Source of the DNA: a virus
Lineage: Duplodnaviria > Caudoviricetes
Reading direction: 5' to 3' (one strand)
IMG/VR virus record: IMGVR_UViG_3300048848_000038
Location: 1 to 28,318 of that record
DNA: 28,318 bases
Numbering within the stretch: position 1 is the first letter of the stretch; each line of letters starts with the position of its first letter. The notes under the pieces are model-generated. The model was not told the origin of the DNA. It ran no database searches and saw nothing but the letters and a program-made list of their open reading frames with translations. Shown here piece by piece: positions 1 to 7,196 of this stretch. The position numbers were made by a program, and so were the translations under genes.

Positions 1-126
1 GCTATATCGACGGCTTCTACAACCCGGTCCGGCGTCATTCCGCGCTCGACTACACCAGCCCGGCACAGTTCGAACGAACCGTGTCACGCTGAGCAAATGC
101 CTCTCCACTTAAGCGGGGCAAGTCCA
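1..126 (+). mobile_element. IS3-family insertion sequence, right end (partial)
   Basis: Transposase C-terminus followed by a terminal IR-like stretch ctctccacttaagcggggcaagtcca (101-126) ending in CA, as is typical of IS3 ends. The left end and target duplication are outside the window. Confidence 0.85.
3..92 (+). CDS. IS3-family transposase OrfB, C-terminal fragment (5'-truncated by window)
   Basis: Frame 3 reads YIDGFYNPVRRHSALDYTSPAQFERTVSR*, matching the IS3 integrase-core tail YIxxFYNxxRxHSxLxYxSPxxFE. Confidence 0.9.
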   Translation, partial: YIDGFYNPVRRHSALDYTSPAQFERTVSR

Positions 127-241
127 TCCTCAGCTCCGATTTGGCCAGAGCATCCCGCGTGCGCGTCAATGAAGACTGTACGCTTGTGAGCAGATCTTCG
201 CGCGCCATCGCGAGTTCCATTAGCTGGGTCAAGATGCACAT
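127..241 (-). pseudogene. possible small gene interrupted by the IS3 insertion
   Basis: Minus ORF (MELAMAREDLLTSVQSSLTRTRDALAKSELRM...) runs straight into the IS end at 126. No family recognised. Confidence 0.3.
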
Positions 242-295
242 CCCATTCTGAGCGGGAGCACGATCGTCTCTCAGCCGGTAGCGCCCAGGGGATAG

Positions 296-496
296 CTAGC
301 GATACCGCACGATAGCATGGTTTCGCCAAGTGGGGTAGCAATGCGTCGCTTCGTCCGCATTAGCGCCAGAAGCGAAAATGTCCTCGTTAGGGCGTAACAG
401 TACCCAGACCGTACCCATGCCTCTCCGCGGATCAACCTGACGGCATACCCACTCGATACCTAACGATCGGTCCGCGGATGGAAGAGCGGGCTTCAT
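296..496 (-). CDS. hypothetical protein (66 aa)
   Basis: ATG at 496 with GAGGGGA immediately upstream (short spacing); MKPALPSADRSLGIEWVCRQVDP...; lower-GC region; no motif recognised. Confidence 0.3.
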   Translation of the reverse strand: MKPALPSADRSLGIEWVCRQVDPRRGMGTVWVLLRPNEDIFASGANADEATHCYPTWRNHAIVRYR

Positions 497-538
497 TCCC
501 CTCGTACGGTCGCACCGGCGAGCGGATGCCGAAGACAG

Positions 539-562
539 CGGCGGAGGAAGCCTCCTCCGCCG
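539..562 (-). terminator. stable hairpin (terminator or 3'-stabiliser) downstream of the micro-ORF
   Basis: Perfect 10-bp stem CGGCGGAGGA/TCCTCCGCCG with a 4-nt loop; only a weak U-tract (CTGTCTT) follows on the minus strand. Confidence 0.55.
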
Positions 563-571
563 GCGCATCGT

Positions 572-610
572 TCAGCCGCGGGTCGGGCGGCCGGGTTTCC
601 AATAACGCAT
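572..610 (-). CDS. 12-aa micro-ORF MRYWKPGRPTRG
   Basis: ATG at 610 is preceded by AGAAAGGAGGTGAT (616-629) plus a 5-nt spacer; TGA at 572-574; hairpin follows. Confidence 0.5.
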   Translation of the reverse strand: MRYWKPGRPTRG

Positions 611-764
611 GTGAAATCACCTCCTTTCTGCTGAATAAAAGACGGCCGCCCACGTCGCCGGCGCTGGCATCGGCGGGTGGGGGGGGCAAACTTTGGAGAC
701 GAGGTTCCGGCGGGCTGGCTGTGCCGCTGCAGATTGGCCTTAGTGAGTCACTGCCGGCTGATGA

Positions 765-1583
765 TCAGCGAAGAGCTGCTCGAACGGCATGTGCAGCGGG
801 CTTCGGCGACCAGTCCTCATTGAACAGGCCGAACCGGTTAAACTCGCCGTCACCGGGATAATCGACGAGCGTGTAGATGAAGGCGCGCTCGATATCCTTG
901 CGACCGTTGATCCAAGCGATATCGCCGGCAAGGCGTGCGGCCTGATCCTCCTCGGACACCTCACGGAACGCCGTGCCAGCGCCGTTGGTATAGCCCCATT
1001 CGGTGAGCCAGATCTTGCCGCGGCCATGCGCCCTGACCCGCGCCGCCACCGTCGAGGCCATATCGCGCAGCGTCTTGCCTGCCGGGTAGATATGGGCGTT
1101 GGCGACGCTGGTGAACGGCTTCTGCTGCTTCTGGAACCAGTCGTTGAACGCCACGATGGTCGTGTGAGCGAAGGCAGGATCGGCTCGCAGCGCATCACGC
1201 TGCGCCCGCGTCAGCGCGAGCGCCGCGTCTGCCTTCGCCCAGGTGCTGCCCTTGCGCCGGGCGTCGGTGATGCCGCCGAACGTGACCGTATTGAGGTCCG
1301 GTTCGTTTGGTCCCTCGTAACCGACCACGCGATCCGCGCCGATCGCCGCCATGGCAGCCACCTCCGCCCCCGGGTCTTTGCCCGGCGCATGGGTGAACAG
1401 GAAGCGGAACCCCGCCTTGGCAAGCGGCGCGTAGATGCGCCGGTAGCTGTCGCTGCCGACGATCGGCGCGCGGATGCGAAGGGTATCGGTGCCGACATAC
1501 CGCAGGGCCGCGATAGCCTTGTCGATATGCTGCATGGGTCCCGTCGTATCAGGCTGGATGCAGACGCCTATTTTGCCGGTCAT
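765..1583 (-). CDS. clan GH-A (GH5/GH39-like) glycoside hydrolase
   Basis: YEGPNEPD (acid/base), NAHIYP, IWLTEWGY (nucleophile), FIYTLVD and FGLFNEDWSPKPA motifs. Start placed at ATG 1583 (MTGKIGV) with GGAGGAG RBS. Confidence 0.85.
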   Translation of the reverse strand: MTGKIGVCIQPDTTGPMQHIDKAIAALRYVGTDTLRIRAPIVGSDSYRRIYAPLAKAGFRFLFTHAPGKDPGAEVAAMAAIGADRVVGYEGPNEPDLNTVTFGGITDARRKGSTWAKADAALALTRAQRDALRADPAFAHTTIVAFNDWFQKQQKPFTSVANAHIYPAGKTLRDMASTVAARVRAHGRGKIWLTEWGYTNGAGTAFREVSEEDQAARLAGDIAWINGRKDIERAFIYTLVDYPGDGEFNRFGLFNEDWSPKPAAHAVRAALR

Positions 1584-1696
1584 TGTTCCGCTCCTCCATG
1601 TTGAATGCTGCCCCGACCGAGGTGCCAATCCGTGGATGGGTCGAGCGCAACGATCAGCAGCGCGGGCATCGCGGCGATGAAGATGGCGAGGCGCAT
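1580..1696 (-). CDS. 38-aa small hydrophobic protein
   Basis: MRLAIFIAAMPALLIVALDPSTDWHLGRGSIQHGGAEQ*. TGATG overlap with the upstream gene's stop and ATGA overlap with the GH start. Confidence 0.55.
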   Translation of the reverse strand: MRLAIFIAAMPALLIVALDPSTDWHLGRGSIQHGGAEQ

Positions 1697-4600
1697 CAAT
1701 TCACCTGCGGGAGATCGAGCTTCTTACCGTCCGTGTTGGTCAGCAGCGCGCCGCGAACGCCAGTTGTGTCGGTGCCGTAGTCGACATCCTGCACCGCGAT
1801 GTTCGCTTGGATCGCGTGATAGGCCACCTCGGCAAGGCTCTCCGCCGCAGCGCCGATGGACGGCTCCATCCGGGCCGCAGACCAAGCAACCTTCGTCATG
1901 CTCGGACCGGTCGATGTCAGGAAGTTGGTGCAGTTCGCCTTGTCGGGGACCGAGCATTCCAGCGGCCATGGTCCGCGGCGATCGGTCCCGCCACCGGGAC
2001 CACCCTGCACCCCGCCCTGTACCTTCAGCACCCCGCCGTCATTGACGCAGCGCAGGGCGTGAACGTCGGCGCGATAGTTGATGAGCGAAATGGTCTTCAG
2101 CGAACGGGGTGTGGTGCCATCGACCGCGGCGAGGTCGTTACCGTTGAAGACGAACCCGGTGTTCTTCAGCATCCACGTCGCCTCGCGAACATACACGCGG
2201 TTCGGGAAGAACAGCTTGTTGGTCGGGTTCGAGCCGGGGTCGAGATGGCTCAGGGCATCGTACCCATAGGCGGCGAGCGACGTGAGGAACGAGGCCGGGA
2301 TGCGGCTGTCGCCGGAATAGCGCAGCCAGTAGAACAGACCCCGAATGTAGTCGTTGATGTCGTTGACGACCGCATCACGCTGCGTCGTGTTGTTCTGCGC
2401 CGCGCCGAAATAGAGGCCACCCTGCGGAACGTCCGACGATATGTTTCCGTCCCCGTTGTTGATGTCGAACAGAGCACCGTCGCGCAGCGTATCGAGCTTG
2501 AACATCTGCGACAGGGGGTAGGTGTTGCCGAGCGCCGTCGAAGCCGCGAACATGCGCCCGAACCGCTCATAGCGTGCCGCCGAATAGTTCCGGGGAACTG
2601 TACTATCGAGCGGCGCCATGCGGCTAAGATCGGTTGTGAACGTCAGGCGATAGTTCATCGACTGCTGCGCGAGATCCCGCGCCCCTGCCGCCAACGCGGG
2701 CATTTGCACCACGTCAGGCAGCAAGCCGCTCGCCGCATCGCCGGGTGTTAGATACGGGTCGATCGTCAGGTTGCTGGTGCCGTCACTCGGCAGGCTGGCC
2801 ACGGCGCGGAAGCCGTTGGTTGCCTCGCCGGGCGTGCCGTCCACAGCCTCACGGCCCGTGATGACGGGCAGGCCGGCCATGAAGGCGAACTCGCCTACGT
2901 CATCCTGCCCCATGAACATCTTGGCGTTGATGACCCGCCCGTCGTTCGTGGTCATGGACGTGATCGCCGCACCGGTCTTGCTCACCGACGCGATGCCGGT
3001 GCTCATGTAAACGGGGATGTTCTGGCCGGGGATGAGCGCGCCGGAAGCGCGGGCCGGATCGAGCATTCGCCGGATGGCAGCCGACCAATAGCGCGGTTCC
3101 GGCGACATGTTTGCCTGCGTACCGCTGTTGACGCTGCCGGGGATGATCGTCGTGTTGATCCACGACAACATGTCGCGGAATATGCCGGACGGGCTGTTGC
3201 TCGTCTGAACGTCGATCCAGTCGAGGCCGCTGGTCGGCATCGATCCGATATCCCACACCGTCTCACAACCCCGGTGCCCGATCAGCGCGACCGTCAGACC
3301 GCGGCGACGGGCGTGATAGGCGGCAATGACGCCCGACAGGGTGCAGCCGTAGATGCACAGGTCGACATTGAGCGTGGAGGCCCCGACGCCAGCCGGGTAC
3401 AGCATCACGTCGCCGTATTTGACCGAATATTCGTAGTCGAGGATGGCAGCGCACATGTCCAGTTCCTGCGCAGCCGTGAGGCCCTGGAATACGAACGCGC
3501 TGCTGATGAGGCGATTGCTACCCGACGTGGTGCCTTTGGCCTTGCCGATCGCAATCGACAGGTTCGCAGCCGGCGCCGACGATGGCGCAGCGGCGCTCTC
3601 GATGACGATGCCGTTATGCACCAGGCGGACAGTGGTGGCGTCCTCGCGGGTCGCCGATATGAAGCCGGCACCGTAAAGGCCGCTGGTAGCAGCGCCGCTG
3701 ACTGTTGCAGCGAAGACGCGAGCGTTCGTCCGGCTCCCTGCGCCGACACCGAACAGAAGCACGCCGCCATTGGCGTCCGTGCAACCCATGTCCGGGATGG
3801 AGGTGCTGGTCGTTGCCGTATCAGTGCGGAAGCCGAACGAGATGCTGTTCGGGTTCAGCGCGGCGATACCGATGTTCGTGTCGTAATAGCTGGCGCTGGC
3901 GAACCCGTTCGCGCCGACGCGGGCGTGGTAGGTGGGCGTGCCAACCTTCAATAGATCATAGGTGCCGGGGTTGGCGACGTTGACCTGATACTGCGCTTCG
4001 GTGTCGCCGAGCAGGTACAGCGCCGTGCGCTTGCCCCATGCTCCGGTCGCCTTCATGCGCGTGATGAGCCGGTCGAGCCGGTTCATGCGGTTGGGCGTGG
4101 CGGTGGAATAGGCGCTGGTGGCACCGACCGACTGCGCTTCCGAGGACAAAGCGTAGGGGGTCAGGGTCGCGCCCGCGGTGTCGTCGTTGCCGATCGTGAT
4201 TGTCTTGCTGGCAGTCGCAGCGTACCCCGCCAGGGCCGCGGTGATGATGATCGTCTCGTCCGGCTCGACGGTCGTATCGCCGTTGATGGTCAGATCGAAG
4301 CTGCCGCTGCTGACGCCATCTGCCAAGGTGAGCGACACAGCGCCCGCCGCATAGTCCACGCCGCTGGTCGCGGTGCCGCCATAGGTCAGGTTGATCGTCA
4401 GGACGCCGGTAACGCCTTGGCGGTCGACGTTGATGGTGTTCGAGACGATCTTGGTGCCGCTATTGCCTTCGGCGATCATCACGGTCGAATTCGCGAACGC
4501 GATGGTCGGCGTCGGCTTTGGCGGCGGGGTGACGATCACGCCGGTGAGCGGTGCCCCGATGCTCGCTGCCAGCCCCAGGCCCGCGGCGACAAGAATGACG

Positions 4601-4836
4601 CTGAAGGGCAACACGACGCGGGTCAGCGCGCCATTGTTCGCGCCATGCTGCAACACGACCTCGGTCAGCAATCCCGCATCCAACTGGCCACCAACGGTCA
4701 GCGCACCCGCATCCGCCGGGCTTGCCGCCGCGGCGACGCCGGAACGCACGGCTGCCGAGGCGATGGCGTCATCGACGGTCAGCCGGAGGGGTTTACGATC
4801 CGGGAAGCGCGGATCGAACAGCAGGATGGTCTTCAT
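1696..4836 (-). CDS. multidomain protein: N-terminal adaptor, Calx-beta, LamG/ConA-like domain, FAD-dependent oxidoreductase (FAD_oxidored-like)
   Basis: Calx-beta motifs (AEGNSG, GTATSGVDY, INGDTTVEPDETIII, TITIGNDD). Beta-rich middle region. C-terminal VDLCIYGCTLSGVIAAYHARRRG, TGRE, QSMNYRL, DINN, YVRE and RMEP motifs of the FAD_oxidored family. RBS GAAGGA. Confidence 0.8.
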   Translation of the reverse strand: MKTILLFDPRFPDRKPLRLTVDDAIASAAVRSGVAAAASPADAGALTVGGQLDAGLLTEVVLQHGANNGALTRVVLPFSVILVAAGLGLAASIGAPLTGVIVTPPPKPTPTIAFANSTVMIAEGNSGTKIVSNTINVDRQGVTGVLTINLTYGGTATSGVDYAAGAVSLTLADGVSSGSFDLTINGDTTVEPDETIIITAALAGYAATASKTITIGNDDTAGATLTPYALSSEAQSVGATSAYSTATPNRMNRLDRLITRMKATGAWGKRTALYLLGDTEAQYQVNVANPGTYDLLKVGTPTYHARVGANGFASASYYDTNIGIAALNPNSISFGFRTDTATTSTSIPDMGCTDANGGVLLFGVGAGSRTNARVFAATVSGAATSGLYGAGFISATREDATTVRLVHNGIVIESAAAPSSAPAANLSIAIGKAKGTTSGSNRLISSAFVFQGLTAAQELDMCAAILDYEYSVKYGDVMLYPAGVGASTLNVDLCIYGCTLSGVIAAYHARRRGLTVALIGHRGCETVWDIGSMPTSGLDWIDVQTSNSPSGIFRDMLSWINTTIIPGSVNSGTQANMSPEPRYWSAAIRRMLDPARASGALIPGQNIPVYMSTGIASVSKTGAAITSMTTNDGRVINAKMFMGQDDVGEFAFMAGLPVITGREAVDGTPGEATNGFRAVASLPSDGTSNLTIDPYLTPGDAASGLLPDVVQMPALAAGARDLAQQSMNYRLTFTTDLSRMAPLDSTVPRNYSAARYERFGRMFAASTALGNTYPLSQMFKLDTLRDGALFDINNGDGNISSDVPQGGLYFGAAQNNTTQRDAVVNDINDYIRGLFYWLRYSGDSRIPASFLTSLAAYGYDALSHLDPGSNPTNKLFFPNRVYVREATWMLKNTGFVFNGNDLAAVDGTTPRSLKTISLINYRADVHALRCVNDGGVLKVQGGVQGGPGGGTDRRGPWPLECSVPDKANCTNFLTSTGPSMTKVAWSAARMEPSIGAAAESLAEVAYHAIQANIAVQDVDYGTDTTGVRGALLTNTDGKKLDLPQVN

Positions 4837-4859
4837 GGGCGATCCTTCAGATCAGGGTG

Positions 4860-5216
4860 TCAGCGCGGGCAGTCGGCTGGGGCGGTGCCGGTCGTCAGAA
4901 TGGCGCTGGTGCAGCGGCGCTCGAGCTCGACGCCAGCAGCGCGGGTGTTCCCCCGCGCGATCGCCGCCAGTGCCTCGGCGAACCGCTCGACCAGCTCGCC
5001 GAGGATCGACCGGTCGATCGTCACCAGATCGCCCGACGGCTTCGCCTCGAGCGGATCGATCCGCTCGCGCTTCACCAGCTCAGGGCTCAGCGCCGGCATC
5101 CGCGCCCGCTCGGTTCGCGCGATCGATGCCGGCGTTGAGGCTGTCGCGCAGGCGGTCGACAGGAGCAGCAGGGAGAGGCTCGCCAGCAGCGGCAGGCGGG
5201 ACGGCGGAAAGCGCAT
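4860..5216 (-). CDS. o-spanin (Rz1-like lipoprotein)
   Basis: Signal peptide with lipobox LLLLSTAC; overlaps the 3' end of the i-spanin in another frame; C-terminal Cys residues. Confidence 0.75.
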   Translation of the reverse strand: MRFPPSRLPLLASLSLLLLSTACATASTPASIARTERARMPALSPELVKRERIDPLEAKPSGDLVTIDRSILGELVERFAEALAAIARGNTRAAGVELERRCTSAILTTGTAPADCPR

Positions 5217-5478
5217 CGCGAAGATCCTTGATGGTGGTTTTGACCAGGGTGTCGGTCAGGGCGTCCGAGCGGGCGACGCTGCCCGCGATCGAGGCGGCGA
5301 CGTCGCCAGCGGCACGCTCATCGGCCCGGGCGTCGGTGACGGCTGCGCCATGCTCCTTCGCCGCTTTCACGGTGACCGCGGCCGCGCCGCTGGTCTCGCC
5401 CTTGTGGAAGACGGTCGCGACGATCGCGACGACGGCGAGGACCAGGCCGAGGCCGATCAGGATCCTTGCGTGCGTCAT
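5080..5478 (-). CDS. i-spanin (Rz-like)
   Basis: ATGA overlap with the endolysin stop; N-terminal TM (ILIGLGLVLAVVAIVATVF) then Ala-rich helical periplasmic region. Confidence 0.75.
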   Translation of the reverse strand: MTHARILIGLGLVLAVVAIVATVFHKGETSGAAAVTVKAAKEHGAAVTDARADERAAGDVAASIAGSVARSDALTDTLVKTTIKDLRDALSAVPPAAAGEPLPAAPVDRLRDSLNAGIDRANRAGADAGAEP

Positions 5479-6362
5479 GCGGCGGCCGCCCGGCAGCGCG
5501 CCTTGTCGACGTTGCCGATGCGGTGCGTGACCCAGCCGCGCAGAAAGACGCGAAGGTCCTGATTGACGCGGACGAGGCGCTCGTATTCGGCACGCTGATA
5601 GGCATCGAGGCGATCGAGCGTGACGCCGCACAGGGTGGCAGCCCCCACCCTGCCCTGGCACGCCTTGTAGCTGGCGATCGTCGCCGGACCGACGCGGCCG
5701 TCGATCGTCAGCTTCGTGCCGCACCCGCTGTTGATCGACAGCTGGAACCAGCGCCCGGGACGGCCGGGGCCCATGTTCACGGTCGTATCGAACAGCTCCT
5801 CGGTGACGGCCGCGTCGATCGCGATCAGCGGGGCATAGCCAGGCGCGACCAGATACCGGTCGTAATAGATGCTTTCGGCGACGCCGCGGGGCAGCGTGCG
5901 CATCGGGCCGACGTAGCCGACGGCAACCGCCACCTGCTTCGTGATGCCCATGTTGGTCTCGCCGCCCGGGTCGGCCGCGTGGTTCACATAGCCGCCCTCG
6001 ACGGCGATCACGCTGGAGATCATCAGGAGCGCAGCCGCGACGATGCCGCCGGCGGCCTTCGGCTTTACCTTGCCGCTGATCGACTTCCACAGGCTCTGCC
6101 GTTCGGCCGCGGGCTTCTGCGGGATCAGGCGGACGGCGATGGTTGCCATGAACAGCAGGGTCGGGATGACGCGGCCGATCGACGGCGGCACGAGCGCGAC
6201 GACTTCGGCGGGCAGCGCGTTCCAGATCTGGAGCAGCGTGTCGGGAGCGGCGGCCGCGAGGCCGGTGAGGATGGCGCCGAGCGCAGACATGCGCACGGAC
6301 CACAGCGGCCAGGCGCGGGACCACAGGTCACGCGCCCGACGCATGGCGTCGGTGATGGTCAT
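5475..6362 (-). CDS. GH108 endolysin with PG-binding domain and N-terminal holin-like membrane domain
   Basis: EGGYVNHAADPGGETNMGIT (GH108), FDTTVNMG, IDGRVGPAT and FLRGWVTHRI motifs; three N-terminal hydrophobic segments; RBS AAGGAGA. Confidence 0.9.
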   Translation of the reverse strand: MTITDAMRRARDLWSRAWPLWSVRMSALGAILTGLAAAAPDTLLQIWNALPAEVVALVPPSIGRVIPTLLFMATIAVRLIPQKPAAERQSLWKSISGKVKPKAAGGIVAAALLMISSVIAVEGGYVNHAADPGGETNMGITKQVAVAVGYVGPMRTLPRGVAESIYYDRYLVAPGYAPLIAIDAAVTEELFDTTVNMGPGRPGRWFQLSINSGCGTKLTIDGRVGPATIASYKACQGRVGAATLCGVTLDRLDAYQRAEYERLVRVNQDLRVFLRGWVTHRIGNVDKARCRAAAA

Positions 6363-6400
6363 CGGTATCTCCTTGGGTGGCGGCGATCGGCCGCCGGCGA

Positions 6401-6658
6401 TCAGGCTTGGTCGTAAGTAGCGGTGACGCCGCGGACGCCGCGCATCAGAGCGTCGCGATCTAGGGCCGCGTCAGCCTGCTCAACCAGCGTTGATAAGCGC
6501 GGCGCTGGTGCCGCAATGAGCGGAAACGCGGTCCGCAGCACGATACCGCAGCCGAGCATCCGGACAGGCCGGCGCAGCGCGTGGGCAGTGGCAGGTGCGG
6601 CATGCACGAACATCATGGCGACGCTCGCAAGGATGATCAGATAGCCGCCCTCAATCAT
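6401..6658 (-). CDS. small membrane protein, hypothetical
   Basis: ATGA-coupled to the upstream gene; hydrophobic N-terminus; lies in the lysis cassette. Confidence 0.55.
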   Translation of the reverse strand: MIEGGYLIILASVAMMFVHAAPATAHALRRPVRMLGCGIVLRTAFPLIAAPAPRLSTLVEQADAALDRDALMRGVRGVTATYDQA

Positions 6659-6915
6659 GGCACCCTCACCGCCGGCGGGGTGAGAACCTCGAGCTTCGCC
6701 TCGATGCGCGTCGTACGATCGTTGATCGCGCGCAGCTGCTCGTCGCGGGCTTCAAGCGCGACAATGCGCCGCTCGTGCTCGCGCAGCTGGACGATATAGC
6801 CGCCGCAGGCGAGTAAGGCGCCGATGATCAGGCCGGCAGCGGTAATCAGCGGTATCCACGCCAGCCAACGAGGCGGTGCAGGCGCAGCGGTCATGTTCAT
6901 GGTGCGTCCTTTCAT
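6655..6915 (-). CDS. single-TM coiled-coil protein (holin/antiholin candidate)
   Basis: TM WLAWIPLITAAGLIIGALLACGGYI then heptad region EHERRIVALE...RIEAKLE. Alternative starts at 6900 and 6894. Confidence 0.7.
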   Translation of the reverse strand: MKGRTMNMTAAPAPPRWLAWIPLITAAGLIIGALLACGGYIVQLREHERRIVALEARDEQLRAINDRTTRIEAKLEVLTPPAVRVP

Positions 6916-7196
6916 GCGATCGGAGCGCAGCCGCGGAATGCGGTCTCGACGTTGCGCCGGCAGTGACCCGGCTCGCTGCCGAGGATCAGGAAGAGGCGAT
7001 CGATGATCGCCTCAAGGATCAGCCCCCAGCGGTGCCCCTTGATCGCAGCGCGCCCGACACGGCTGGAGATCGTCTCGTCAGCCGACGGGGTTGGGCCGCC
7101 GGCGAGCACGTAGATCGGCACGGCGATCAGGATGTAGACGAGCTGATCCATGGCGACGAGCAGCTGGCGAAGGCCAAGCCAGAAGCGCTCACGCAT
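6912..7196 (-). CDS. conserved phage small membrane protein
   Basis: LLVAMDQL...DETISSRVGR...IIDRLF...PGHC pattern, recognised from small proteins between tail and lysis genes; ATG at 7196. Confidence 0.75.
   Translation of the reverse strand: MRERFWLGLRQLLVAMDQLVYILIAVPIYVLAGGPTPSADETISSRVGRAAIKGHRWGLILEAIIDRLFLILGSEPGHCRRNVETAFRGCAPIA

Noticed and set aside
616-629. 16S rRNA gene fragment
   Set aside because: The match is limited to the 14-nt anti-SD tail; flanks do not resemble rRNA.
679-686. Poly-G tract (also 27917-27924 and 27962-27968) as phase-variation switch
   Set aside because: Only 7-8 nt in GC-rich DNA and not within a confidently assigned gene or promoter.
5479-6324. 414-aa ORF 5080-6324 as a single protein
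   Set aside because: The upstream part is an alternate frame of the endolysin; only 5080-5478 looks like an i-spanin.
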